This document shows, piece by piece, positions 11,153 to 23,207 of a stretch of 64,000 nucleotides of DNA. How positions within the stretch are numbered: the stretch's first letter is position 1; each line of letters begins with the position of its first letter. The notes under the pieces are model-generated. The model was not told the DNA's origin. It did no database searches and saw only the letters and a program-made list of their open reading frames with translations. A program made the translations under genes and the position numbers. The DNA is taken from assembly GCA_000004985.1 (NCBI GenBank), contig GG738891.1, one strand, 5' to 3'. The DNA comes from Naegleria gruberi. Lineage: Eukaryota.

Positions 11153-13007
11153 CTATATATCTTCAAATTTAATTCCCAATTCTTGTTCCAATTCCTTTCT
11201 AAATTCAGAGTGAAATCTCAGAAAACTATCAACCATGTTGTGTTCGCAAACCTGCTGAATTTCATTGAAAATTGAAATGGAAATTGAGATGCTTTCCAAA
11301 TTGGTTTCGTTAATCGAGTTGCAGAGTTCTATAATTTCTGGAATACCATTTGTAGATCGAGCAATGTTCAATTCGAGAGGAGCTCCAATCAAAATGTAGG
11401 TTCTCACAATAGTTCTGAATAATTCGACTCGTTTCTTATTCGATTTGATCATTTTGAATTGTTCAATGGCATTCCACATCATGACATCTTCAGGACAATA
11501 ACTCTTTTCATTGAATAAAAGGAATTTTGAATTCCACTTTTTGGAAGTTAAACACTTCTTGATGTGATTTGAAGAGTTTCCTCCAGAACTTTGAGAATCT
11601 CTTGGTTTTGATGAATTTCTATTCCTCTGATAGACAAAAACTGGAAGGAAATGAGCTACAAATGTATCCCATATACATCCAAATATAAGGAATAATTGCC
11701 ATGGAAAGAAATAGTCAACTCTAATTCACAATTATTTGCAAATCAAATTTCAATTACAATATTTCTTCTTCCAATTTAATGGATGTAACTACTTACAATG
11801 TAGTAATATCACTAAAGAATGAAGGAACAGCATAGGTAATTGTCGACAACAACCATCCCACACAAATCAATGACAATTCCCATTTGATTTTCCACACATC
11901 ATTCTTCATAAACAGAGCTACAATCACAAATCCCAACAAGAGTATCAAATAAGCTCCAAAATACGTGGCCATCACCACCAAATTATAAGTTCCATTTCCA
12001 CATCCCTGCTCTGATAACAAATGAGTTCCCACCACAAAGGACAACTTTTTGTTTTGTAACTTTTCCAATGAACCTGATTGGACATTGAAATAATCAGCAA
12101 CTCCAACTGAAAAGTAAATGATCAGATGGGTTCCATAGATCAGTGCAAATAGAATAGCAATGAATTTTGAGCTGGTAAAAAATCGATACATTCTCAATTT
12201 TTGCTTGTCGAATCTGGAAGATCCCAATCGAATAATTTCTTCACTATTTTCAGAGTTTCTCTTGTTGTTTGCTGTTTCATTATTTGATCTAGTCACTATA
12301 CTTTCGTCCTTCTTTTCTTTCTGTTCTGAACTACTTTCCACATTTGTTGCTGGGCCAAGATCTTGTTGATCTTCATTCATCAAGGCCCCAATCGAACTAA
12401 ACGATTGTGAAATGGAAACTCCACTCAAACTCTGCAGCTCCACATTACTTGCACTCATCAATTCTACTCGATTCTCATCCATCAATAAACTCCTACTCTC
12501 CGTATTCTCCAACATGAAACTCTGACTCAATAACTTTCGTTTTCCAATTTTCACTTTCAATTGATTCATCCAAGTCAAGGCAACCAATCGAACACATCTC
12601 CCAAGAATAATGGCAGCCAATCCAGGCACACCCATCCAATAAGTGAATGAAAACATGAAACAGGGAAATAATTTCCTCGAAATGACAACTCTCAACAATT
12701 GAACTAGTGTGAAAATGTACGAGGTGATAGTTCCCAAGACCATTAGTGTTGGATTTCTTGCGATGGATATGTAATTCACCTCTCTGTGTCCTATCCTATT
12801 AGTTTTTAATTTCCATTGTTTGTAGAATTGACCAATTAAACTGGCAATCACCAGAGCTGTGTACAATCCGAGTGTCAGAGCTGCCAAAACTCTACTCGTT
12901 GGATAGTCATCACATAATCCTCGATAGTTTGTGTAGCCCATGCGAAGGAGTGCTGGATGACACGCAGCCGAAGTGTCATTTATTGCATAAATTGATGTGT
13001 AGTTCAT
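11153..13007 (-). CDS. 7TM-RGS protein, copy 2 (tandem paralogue): join(complement(11797..13007), complement(11153..11720)), 592 aa
   Basis: Same architecture as copy 1. The donor is ACA TT|GTAAGT (GT at 11796-11795), again overlapping an apparent TAA. A 76-nt intron ends at acceptor AG 11722-11721. The likely ATG is at 13007 (MNYTSIYAINDTSAACHP..., aligning with the copy 1 N-terminus); the track start at 13127 adds 40 aa not found in copy 1. A roughly 200-nt tract in the RGS exon (about 11415-11620) is near-identical to copy 1 (about 9395-9600). Confidence 0.75.
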
Positions 13008-14748
13008 TTTGGCTTTCAATTTTTTTTTGCATGAGACTTTCTGCCACTCGATGATTGTTGACAGTTTAAAGGTTTCTTGAAGAGGCAACAGGATACAAAT
13101 AGATGAAAGCCAAATCGCAAAGTTCATTCTGAATCAAAACTAAAACCACTGTCCATTCAAACCAAAAATCCATCTATTTCGAATAAAACAATTGTATAAA
13201 TATCAAGTTTCACCTTTCAATATTTTCTTCAATCCAGCGCACCACACTCTTTCCATTATTATTCACCCAAATACCACCACTACAGCTTCTAAGTCCAAAA
13301 AGTAATTTACAGTAAATTCACAAATATCTACAGTACATTTAACTACCCACCTCAATTCAGAATATGAAACATACGCACGTTATTATACTGTAGTAACCAC
13401 GTTGCTCTTATTTATATAATAGATTATCGCAGTGCAAATCAATATCAGATATTATCAAAACAATCATTATAATTAATACAGGCAATATATCGCTCTCAAA
13501 GTTCATTGACCATTAATTGATGATTGAGGTTGTCAAGTCGTTGTTGGCACCTCTGTGATTATTTACTGTGAATACTTTGTGTTACTTTTAAATTGTGTTA
13601 TAATTGAAAGTAGGAAGGAATTAAGGAATTAAGGATTCTTTCATCAGTTTGAATTTACAATGATGCTTTCGCTTAATCCAATCAAAAAGAAAATTGAAAT
13701 ATATGGGTAGTCGTCGGACCATTCACATGAATGTCAAAACACCAATTTCAAGTGTTACTGGTTGAACGGTTGCAACGAAACCTAGAAAAATTCGCCATAA
13801 TTAAAGATGTGGAAAATTTGGCTTTGAAAGTGTCGAGTTTCAATATATTAAAAAGGAAGAGATGTGGACACGGCACTGTATCCAAGATACAATGAATGTG
13901 CAAACCAAACTCGTGAATTTTTGATTGTTTTTTAAGTTTTCAAGGATAGAAAATTCTGAATACTTGTTAATCAATACATATTGAACAACATTAAGGACAT
14001 ACACTAGTCAGGTCTGAAAAGAGCTCAACAAGCCCAAAAGAAGATTATAAGGTCCCTGAAAGAGCTTACTCGCTTAATGAACTAATAAGGATAATGAGTG
14101 TTTCGGATACTCGAACTCAGGCAAGCTGTGCTTAACAGTTACTTTTTAGAGACGAGTAATATAAGAAGAACAAACTGCTTGTTACGATGGTTTAAAAAGT
14201 GAATATTGAAAACCAGTAATACAATTAGAAAGAATTACTTCTTCCCCATGAGAATAAGAATTAGAAGCAATCTCGATATTGATATTAACAACAAAATGAT
14301 GTAGGGACATAAAATGGTACATTGCCTGTTTAAGAACATCCTTATAGAATCCGCTTCACTGAAGAAAAAGTTGTCTAGATTAAGCTAGTAGATTCCCTTA
14401 ATCAAATATCTCAAAACACCCTCCCCATTTAATCTACATTCTCTACAAATAAAGAAATCGTTTAAGCACATTGATGAGAATCACAGCGCTTGCGCATAGC
14501 ACAATAAACACTTCATACACACGTGTGTGGAGGAAGAAAAGGTCGTGCCATTCTATCACAAATTCTTCCTCCATGTTGCTCCTCCACAAACATCTCACCA
14601 ACCAACAAAACCTTAAAAAAAGCATCAACAAACAACAGTTTTAGACTGCTAGTTCTGTTCAGAATTAAACAAGGGAAGAATCAGTTCAATATTCACAAAC
14701 CTTTTGGCAAACACTAGTATCACCAATACATACACACATTTTGAGAGT

Positions 14749-15921
14749 ATGGGATCCAATACTTCATCCACAGTTAATCAAACCTCGCAAAAAGTCAGAG
14801 ATGTCCTCCTCCATAGTCCTGTCAATAAGAAGAATAGAGTTACCAACTCTTCTGCTAGTGCTCAAATGAGTAGGTCCTCTCCAACACTCACATTGGAAGG
14901 AAGAGTGCTGAAACCATGTTTAAAGAAGAATACAAACTTGATACAGAATGCCTCACTTCCAGTCATTTCCTCTCCATCCAACAATAACAGAAAGGCACTC
15001 TATAAGAGTGTCAGTTCTGACAATTTCACCACCAATGATGAAACAATGACTGCACCAGCTGTTGATATTGAATGTGAATCGACATGTTCTTCATCCTCCT
15101 CTTCAAGCTCTGATGAGCAACAAGTTAAAACAGCATTGAACACTGTTGCCAATGCCCAACAGCTAAATATGAATCCAACAGATATTACCAAATCAGGTCC
15201 GCCCAATTCCTCAATTTCCTCTTCTCATGCCAATAGAAAACAGCTCCAATTAGCTCCAATTATTCTCTCGCCTTCAAATTCCTCATCTTCCTCCTCTCCT
15301 AGCCAAAGAGTTCAGTTTGCTGATACAAGACGTTCTGGATCATTCTCCTCACTCACCTATACAAATTATATGAATTCCATGGATTCAAAGTTGAGAAACT
15401 CTCCATCCTCTTCACCAGCCAATTCTCCAAGAAGATTTTCTAGTTCTTCAGCTCCTTCTAATTCTCCTCGTTCTGCAACTTCAACAAGCATCAGCAGTGG
15501 AAGAAAGAAGTTAACAATTAGTACTCCTTCTTCACCTTCAAGCTCTTCTTCATCTAACGGTTCTCCTACTCATCATGTGAGTAATGTAAAGTTTCAATCA
15601 ACATCCAATTCATCTTCTCCTTCAACACCATCCTCTAGACCAATGTCCCTTTTTGAAATGTATAACAACTGCAATAGTAATTCACCTAAATCTCCATCAA
15701 GAAGTGACTCTTTCAGAACACACAAGGATTTCAGTTCGAGCAAATCCGATTCAAAGAGCATGAAGAATCTTTATGCCTCAAGATTTGGTTCGATATTCAA
15801 TCCTTCTCTCAATACTGCTATTCAAATTCCATTGTTGAGTGTTACTCAGCCAGACGCTCCACCTTCCTATGTTTATTATCCAAAGACTAATAGATCAACT
15901 CAATACTTGGATGTTCGATAA
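14749..15921 (+). CDS. Ser/Pro/Asn-rich low-complexity protein, about 390 aa, hypothetical
   Basis: Long ORF. The track start at 14704 is TTG; the first in-frame ATG is at 14749. It contains runs of S, SP and SS and no recognisable domain. Confidence 0.45.
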   Translation: MGSNTSSTVNQTSQKVRDVLLHSPVNKKNRVTNSSASAQMSRSSPTLTLEGRVLKPCLKKNTNLIQNASLPVISSPSNNNRKALYKSVSSDNFTTNDETMTAPAVDIECESTCSSSSSSSSDEQQVKTALNTVANAQQLNMNPTDITKSGPPNSSISSSHANRKQLQLAPIILSPSNSSSSSSPSQRVQFADTRRSGSFSSLTYTNYMNSMDSKLRNSPSSSPANSPRRFSSSSAPSNSPRSATSTSISSGRKKLTISTPSSPSSSSSSNGSPTHHVSNVKFQSTSNSSSPSTPSSRPMSLFEMYNNCNSNSPKSPSRSDSFRTHKDFSSSKSDSKSMKNLYASRFGSIFNPSLNTAIQIPLLSVTQPDAPPSYVYYPKTNRSTQYLDVR

Positions 15922-16695
15922 ATTTAATGTATATAACATGGATATTAAACCCTATAGTTTCGAGATTTTTGAATAAATAATGAAATGCTTTATTGATAAT
16001 TGATATTGTTGTGTTTCTATGAGTAGCATTGTCTGATTGTATTGATGATATCAAAACCTTAATATTATTCAACGTGAATATTGAACAGAAATATTTCAGT
16101 TATTCTAGAATGCATTGCGAAATGACCAAATTCAAACCATTCATATCTATTAATTGACGATTCTCTTTGAAAACACTGTCCATGACTTAATATGAAGTGT
16201 ATTGTCTTTTTTAATGCCAAATTAATCGTATTGGGTCCAATACACTACAATTATTGCTGTATCTTATGGTTGTTCTAATATTCAAGGTCGCGAACAGTAC
16301 ATGGACTTTTGGATGAACAAATAAAAGAACTGCTCCACTTGTTTGGTGGAGAATCCCTCAAGATAATTCTCCACAACAACGTTCCAATAAATCCCAACAA
16401 TACTGTGTCCAAATCCACAAACAAGGATACATCTTCTCCTGTTTGGTCACACTACTTCCAAATTCTGTCCAACATCTCAATAAAGAGCAAATTATTCAAA
16501 TGTGCAAGAAGGTTTTCCACAACCAATTACGAACATGTTCTCAAATATAATGCTTCTTCTGTATTTGAATAATGTAATCCTAATAATTATCTTTGTTCTT
16601 AAATATGTCCAACAACCAATAGATTCTATAGCTAATCATCATTATCTTTGAATCCAATCAATTGATGCATAAAGAATCGTGATACCTCCTCAATT

Positions 16696-17616
16696 TCAAA
16701 AATAAAAGACAAATGGTTCTTCCACAATCTTTTGCTTCTTATCCCCAATTACAGAGGTTGCATTCATGTAAATTCTATCTGACTGCTCCTCATGGTAGTA
16801 ACCTCTCGAATCGTGATTGTGTCCAAAAATGTGAACTCTTAATTGTTTAAAATAGTCAGAATCCAACAAGGTAGTCAACTCTTCAGATCCTCTCGAAGTC
16901 ACACCATCATAGATAATATCCAGTGAATTCTTATTGGCTGGTGTGTGGGTCAGTAAAATGTCAATATCGTGTGGAATGAAGAATTTTGTCTTTTTTACAG
17001 AGTCCTTCTTGAGGGGTGGAAATTTCCATGCATCTCTGAATCTGCTTCCATAAATTTTAATATTGTGTCCATGGTTATCAGGAATGGATATGGTTTCGTC
17101 TAGAAGGAGATGAATTTGAGATTTTGTCTTTTTATCTCGAAAATGTTTTTTGAAATGTCTACCAACAACAATATCAGGAGCCCATTCATGATTACCTATT
17201 TAATATTTAATAATTATTTAATAAATATTTAATAAATATGTAATTTTCATTACAAATAATATTTAAAATAACATTTAATATTAAAAAGAATCAATCTACA
17301 TACCAACAATCATTAAAATATATTTAAATCTTCCATCGCAATTCTTTGTAATATATTCAAAGAAATTATTAACCTCCTCTGCAGTTCCTCTATTCGTAAA
17401 GTCTCCACAATGAATCAAGACATCACCATCAGGAATTTTCAATAATTCATGAAGATTGTGAGTATCGGAAATGACTACAAACTTTAACCTTCCTCCATTA
17501 TCATGATTATTTTCCTCATCATGATGATAATAATTATTTTCTCCTTCGTGATGATGATTCTTCTTTCTTGAAGGCACTTTAACAACTTTACCAACAACGT
17601 TAGCTTCCGATAGCAT
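16696..17616 (-). CDS. Calcineurin-like metallophosphoesterase (MPP superfamily, MPPED-like): join(complement(17304..17616), complement(16696..17195)), 270 aa. Contains a His-rich N-terminal insert.
   Basis: MPP motifs are VVISDTHN, HCGDFTNRG (GDxxxRG), GNHEW (spanning the intron junction) and GHNHDS. Donor G|GTATGT is at 17303-17302 and acceptor aaatAG at 17197-17196. The 108-nt intron is AT-rich. Exon lengths 313+500 = 813 are divisible by 3, and the splice joins G+GT into the Gly of GNHE. Confidence 0.8.
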
Positions 17617-18011
17617 GTTTGTTTTTTTAGAATGTTAGTTCCAGAAAACTTCATTCTAATAATAAGTTTAAATTAATTACATCATCAATTATTATTATTA
17701 TTTATTGTGATGATATGTTATCATTCTTATTAAAAACCGTACTCCTCATCGTTTAAAAAAAAACATAAATATTGAAATATTTTTAAGGTCGCTGCCTTAG
17801 TTCATCTCCATCATCAATTCGATCGTTAGTTTGACGAGAATTGGATTGCTAACATCAATAGACCGCCATCAATATTGGTGTTAATTCTATTGTTGAATTT
17901 TTGAGGACGTTAGAAAATATAATAATCAGTTTGGGAGATTATTGTTATTCTATAGAGAGAATATTAAGTAGTTTTAAACGACGACCAAATAACAATATAT
18001 ATTGTATAACA

Positions 18012-18830
18012 ATGGAGAGAAATGTCGTGATGATTGCCCAACTGGGCCTCATTGCAATTTTATTCTTTAGTTTTGTGAGTGCGGAACTTGAATGTGATTG
18101 TGAGAAGATGTTTGCTCCAGTTAGATTACCTGCTAAGCATAATGACACAGAATGTGAGCAGTGGGGTTATCTTCCTTCAACATCGAATGGAACACTTCTT
18201 GTAAATCATACATTGAATCAAAATATAACTTGGTCAAGCAATTCAACAGAATCACAAAATAATTCAACAACTTCATCATCGAAAATACCTACCATACCTG
18301 CCAATAATAATAACTCAACAAGATCGAAAACAGAGGGAAATACTACTCTTGTAGAAACAATGGATCAAGTTCTCAATGGAAAAGGGAAACAAGCTCAAGC
18401 TGGAGTTGCAACAGATAAAGGAGCTGATCCAGGGATGATTGCAGGTATTGTAATTGGATGTATTGCTGCTTTAGTCATCCTGGTGATATTTACATTAATG
18501 ATTATAGGAGTGATTATATTCAAATCCAAGTACAAGACTGCCTATTACTTTGTCCATGATGTCAGTGGTAAGAAGAGTGTAAGTATCAGACCCTTTTTAA
18601 TCTTTATTCTTAAATGATTTATTTTCAATTATTTTAAATTACTGAAATAGTTTGCTGATGAAACAGCAGATATTATGAGAGAAACAGAAGAAGAATTCTC
18701 AAGTCATTTCACAGAGAGAAATGATAATGAGAGTGACACTAATAGTGAAAGAGGAATCGATTTGGGTGAAATGTCTGATGATGAAATTAGTGAAATTGTT
18801 GACTTTTCTAATGACAAGTTTGAATATTAA
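18012..18830 (+). CDS. Type I membrane glycoprotein-like protein, join(18012..18578, 18651..18830), 248 aa. Signal peptide, Cys-containing and N-glycosylation-rich S/T ectodomain, one TM helix, and an acidic cytoplasmic tail encoded by exon 2.
   Basis: ATG at 18012 is followed by the hydrophobic leader MIAQLGLIAILFFSFVSA. The TM helix is GMIAGIVIGCIAALVILVIFTLMIIGVIIF. AGT|GTAAGT donor at 18579, a 72-nt intron, and acceptor AG at 18649-18650. Exon 2 is in phase 0 and ends at TAA 18828-18830. Confidence 0.55.
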
Positions 18831-18849
18831 CTTATAAATCTCAATTTGT

Positions 18850-20298
18850 TTATAAATTATTTGAATCTGAAATTAAAAGTGGAGAAATATTATCCATTAT
18901 GGATTCGATTGATTCTAAAGATTTCTTCAATTCTTTTGAATCTTTCATTTTCCTTTTGAGATTGAGATGTTTTTCTCTCATCACTTCCAGTTTTTCCTTC
19001 AGTTTTGCAATCTTTTCCTCGTTTTGTTGAGATGACTTTTTCAGTTGATCATTTTCTGATTGTTGAGAAGAGAGCTCACTCATCAAGTCTCGTATCATGG
19101 TTTGGTCTTCTCTACTTTCTCTACTTTCTGTTGTGTTAGTATTGCTAGTGTTGAAATTTTGTTGTTGGGAAATGATTGGTTTTGTTGGACTAGCTTTAGA
19201 TGCTGGTTGGTAGTCTCTAAATTCAGTTCCACTCCTCAGTTTAACAATGGAGCATGAAAAAGTATTGTACAATTCTGAAAGTCCCTTATTGGACGAAGTT
19301 TCATCAAAATCCATGAATGGGAAGAGCCACTTTTTCAAAACAACGGCCATTGACTGAAGACTTCTCGTAAAGATAACACTCGCACCATGAGGAAGATCAT
19401 CAGTCTCCCTAGGATGTGAATCTGCCAACAAGAACATTCCAGTCTTGAAATTGTAAAAGATCAATACTGTTTCTGGTTGTTTTGTAAATATGGCACATAG
19501 TGGTCTCCTCATTTGATGAGAACAGCTCTCAATTGTTTCCAGAGTTGTGAGAAACGATGGGCCTTTGACTGATTTTTGAATTTCTGGATGCACTAGCTCT
19601 AGATAACTACTCATTCTATTATTGATATTCATTACTTCCTCAAAAGACAAGTTTCCAAGTCGAGGATCTTGCATGCATCCACACTCAATTACCTTGTCAA
19701 TAGTGGTGGGACTCCAAGAGAATGATCTCTCAGAATCCAACACTCCGTTCAACAGTTGAATAGCAAATTCACATGCTATTGAAGTACAAGCATTCTTTCC
19801 CCCAAATGAGTACTGGTCCTTACTACTCACTACAACTGCAATGTGTTCAATCTTTAATCCTGTTGTGGTTGCATCTACATGTCTGTAATGGGTTGAAAAT
19901 AGAGCAAGACTTGCTTGTTTCGAATTGTTTTTTCCACTTTGAGATTCTTCAAATTTCTCACTACAAACACTCGATCCATAAACATGATCTAAAAAGATGG
20001 AATAATTTGTATAGATTTCTCCACAAATTGGGCAAGTGTTTTGTGTTGGAGAGGGAGTTTGTTTTGAGTACATTCCTTGTGATGAGGGTGGTTTGGTTGG
20101 TGAAATTGTTGGAAGTGAGGCTCCCCTACTAAATTGTGACTGTTTGATAGGGGAGATGTGATGAATGGGCGAAGAAGAGTAATCGTACAAATCTGTAGAG
20201 TGTGTAGCATGTCCTGTATCACTAATTCCACTCAAATCCAAATCCGAAGCATGCAGCGATTCAAATGAATCCTTATATGAATTTGATCTCATCTCCAA
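18850..20298 (-). CDS. Hypothetical 482-aa protein with an N-terminal C2H2-like zinc finger (CPICGEIYTNYSIFLDHV), a central candidate papain-like cysteine-peptidase region (GGKNACTSIACEF ... ADSHPRE, a D-x-H motif), and a C-terminal coiled coil. The architecture resembles a zinc-finger plus UfSP/C78-like peptidase.
   Basis: Single long ORF. The motif assignment is by eye only. The C-terminal 70 aa are K/E-rich heptad-like (KLKEKLEVMREKHLNLKRKMK). Confidence 0.45.
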   Translation of the reverse strand: MEMRSNSYKDSFESLHASDLDLSGISDTGHATHSTDLYDYSSSPIHHISPIKQSQFSRGASLPTISPTKPPSSQGMYSKQTPSPTQNTCPICGEIYTNYSIFLDHVYGSSVCSEKFEESQSGKNNSKQASLALFSTHYRHVDATTTGLKIEHIAVVVSSKDQYSFGGKNACTSIACEFAIQLLNGVLDSERSFSWSPTTIDKVIECGCMQDPRLGNLSFEEVMNINNRMSSYLELVHPEIQKSVKGPSFLTTLETIESCSHQMRRPLCAIFTKQPETVLIFYNFKTGMFLLADSHPRETDDLPHGASVIFTRSLQSMAVVLKKWLFPFMDFDETSSNKGLSELYNTFSCSIVKLRSGTEFRDYQPASKASPTKPIISQQQNFNTSNTNTTESRESREDQTMIRDLMSELSSQQSENDQLKKSSQQNEEKIAKLKEKLEVMREKHLNLKRKMKDSKELKKSLESIESIMDNISPLLISDSNNL

Positions 20299-20384
20299 TT
20301 TTTAAATTCCGATAGAATCAAAATTCTTCAATCAAATCACAATTAAATAGTAGTAATAAATATGAGGTTTTCTAAAAGGTCGTG

Positions 20385-20862
20385 AATAAACCTCTCCGCG
20401 GTATGTTTTCTTATTTTTTTACTAATATTTTTTTGTAGAATTTTTGGCGCCATATTTTTTAAATCTCTTCTCGTGAGGATCATCACTACTTTGTGATATT
20501 AAGCCATCTTTTTCATTGATCAAAATATTAAAATTAATTTTCATCAAAATAATCGCTCTCGAATTCTCAACCATCTTAAAATCCATCTAACTTCATGACA
20601 AAATCCATCTAACCTCATATCGATTCAATTTAATAAAATAGCAATATATAATTCGATAAAAAACATTTTATACCAATAGTGTGATGATTAAAAAAAATTG
20701 GGTTGCAAATTTGCAAAAAATTTTATTTATTGCAAAGTACCAGCATTAACCAATGAATCAGCAACACCCTTCAAGAATGAGTAAGCATTTGGATTCTTGT
20801 GTGGTTCTCCGAATAACCCTACAATGACAGCTGACTTTAAGACAACTCCTGATACTCCTTGC
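20385..20862. repeat. Inverted-repeat arm A (about 480 bp, ancestral copy): the 3' 120 nt of the profilin CDS plus about 350 bp of its 3' flank
   Basis: Reverse complement of 28117..28595. Hand alignment shows about 90% identity with a 28-nt indel and a tandem-duplicated 24-nt motif (aaatccatctaac[t/c]tcat x2) present in arm A only. Confidence 0.8.
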
Positions 20863-21125
20863 TTCTTTGTTGAAGAAAAGCCTTGGAAGTTTTCTTCATC
20901 AGCAACCAAACCCATATATTTGACACCACCCAAAGTGATACCAGTAGCAGGGACGGAAGATGGATTAGCAACTTGACCAGCCAAATTCTTGGCTTCTTGA
21001 GCAGTAACAGCCCATCCGTCAGTAACACCCCAGATGGTACCATCTCTACCCATGATAAAACCCTTTTGGATCAAACCATTTGATGGAGCAACGAATTGAG
21101 AGTCAACGAAAGGAGTCCAAGACAT
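20727..21125 (-). CDS. Profilin, 132 aa
   Basis: MSWTPFVDSQF...GRDGTIWGV...GVKYMGL...KKQGVSGVVLKSAVIVGLFGEP...AYSFLKGVADSLVNAG matches the profilin consensus (MSWQ.YVD, GTKYMVI, C-terminal helix). True ATG is at 21125; the track's longer ORF starts at a non-conserved upstream codon. Confidence 0.9.
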   Translation of the reverse strand: MSWTPFVDSQFVAPSNGLIQKGFIMGRDGTIWGVTDGWAVTAQEAKNLAGQVANPSSVPATGITLGGVKYMGLVADEENFQGFSSTKKQGVSGVVLKSAVIVGLFGEPHKNPNAYSFLKGVADSLVNAGTLQ

Positions 21126-21921
21126 TTTGTTGTTGTATTTTTTTTTATGTTTTAATATTTGATTGATTGGCTTGAATATTTGACGTGTTTTTGCTTGGTT
21201 GACCATAAGCTTGTCAAGTTAAAAACCTGTCCATCAATTAATACAAAATGCTTCCGTCACCAGACAAAACTCGTCAATCTTGAAGATTGTAAAAATAATG
21301 ATTCGATTCCGCGATTAAAAAGCTTAAAATTTTGACAGGTTTTGTCAGTTAGAAAGAAAATGCTTATTGATTGGTTTCACACTACTCACAAGACTGTATT
21401 GAAATAGATTAATTCATTGAAAAGAAAATGTCCAAACTCTAATCAAGTTCCATTCAAGAAATACTATTGAAATTGACCAAGTTCTATATTTTTACAAAAT
21501 ACCAAAAGAGACGAATTGCCCAATCAGTCTATATGCAGGAATTTTATGGATTTGGATAATTGTGTTGAGGTCTAGGATTGTAGACTAGTTGAATAGGATA
21601 CAATGCTGGAAGTGATCATTATTCCTTGATGGGCTGCTTTACAATTTTAAAAAACTTGAGCACTGATAAGGAATGTTGCAATTTTTCATCAACAGAGTAA
21701 TGCAATATTCCCTTCTTGCATTTCCTTTGGCTAATCTTGTAAAAGTTTGAAATGGAACAATACTTTGAATATGAAAGTAATTCCTTGGTGAAAATGGATA
21801 ACAAAAATATGCTTGTTCATATTCAAGGATATCGAATCAAAGGAAAAATAGTCTTACTTAATACTTGGCAATAGACGAGTGTGAGGAAAGGAATGAAATG
21901 TTCCCTTAGGGTCTGTTCAAG

Positions 21922-23114
21922 ATGGACTCAACAATCGGTGAGTTAAAAGAGGAGAATTTGCAATTCTTCTCCCAAATTGTTGTGGATTTTTATCATAAAA
22001 ATCATAAGGCAGTTGTAAAACAAGGCATTGTGACAGATAAAAAGCCAATTGTGAAATCTTTTAATTTGGATAAGAGTGCAATTAATTATTTAGTATTTCT
22101 TTGTAGAAATTCAATACGATTTGGAACACCCTTGGGTTAATCAAATCAGTGCTCAGAATTTACCTCAATCAGTGTTTGTCAAGTCATTGCCAAGAAGAAT
22201 TAGAGGAAGAATTGTCAGGTTTTGTTGTATTGATCATTACTGTTTTTTCTCTCAAATCCTCAGTAATGATTATTGATCATCATTTACATAAAAAAGTAAT
22301 GATCATATTATGAGAGGAAAGTATCATTTCAGAGGATATTCTCCAAAGACTATTACCAAAGAAGAAAAGTTTAAAACTGTGGAAACTATTGCCAAGCTTC
22401 ATGCTTCTGGTATGGCTTATTTCAGATCACTTCCAGAGAAAGAAAGGCAATACAAGATTGACCAATTAGATAGAAAGGCACCAGTATTTTGCAAGAATAC
22501 ACAAAACACACCAGACCTTATCATGTTGATTCCACAAATTTGCTTCTGGTAAAATGGTTGACAATGATATTCATCCTGAAATTATTGAACTTGCTAAACA
22601 ATTCTTCCAATCTTCAGTTATCAATGCCAAGTTAAAGTTATGTGAGGGAGCAGAGGAAATGCTTTCATTCGTTCACAGAGATTTACATTTCAATAATATT
22701 ATTCAATTCGACCATGTCAGTGTTAAACTCGTTGATTGGCAATGCTGTGGATTGGGTAATCCTCTATTTGATGTATTTTACATGATATGTTTCACATCTG
22801 ATTTGAATACAGTTGAATCTGTCGAGAAGGAATATTTGGACAATTACTATATTTGCATTTGCAAGGAATTGGAGCAATGAGGACTTTCCAAACCAAAACA
22901 ATTAGAAAATTATGAAAATTATTTGGAATTCTACAAGAATGCCATGCTTAGTTTCTTCACTTGGTGTCTTGCCATCCAACTCATTTCAACTCAAAGCAAG
23001 GACAAGAATACTGAACTTGGTATTTCTGCCATAAATTTCCTCCAATCAGGAGCTCATCTCCTATTAAAGTATGGTAATTTAAAGAAGAGAGTTAATAAAA
23101 TTCTCAGCCAATAA
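21922..23114 (+). CDS. EcKinase/CHK-like (choline/ethanolamine-kinase-fold, APH-like) small-molecule kinase gene. Multi-exon; model incomplete and possibly frameshifted.
   Basis: Three consecutive ORFs carry family motifs: KLHASGMAYF, VHRDLHFNNII (Brenner HxD motif) and VKLVDWQ (D-x-Q in place of DFG). There is at least one clear 45-nt intron (GTTTTG...CCTCAG around 22226-22270). The frame jumps at 22552/22554 and 22880/22923 are not explained by canonical GT..AG, so the gene may be a pseudogene or carry assembly indels. Confidence 0.45.
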
Positions 23115-23207
23115 TGATGAGAAATAACACTAAGGTTGTTTGAATTATCATCTCTGATTATTATTTTAAATTGTGATGAATTTTAATTTTTTTTAATTAA
23201 TAAAAAA

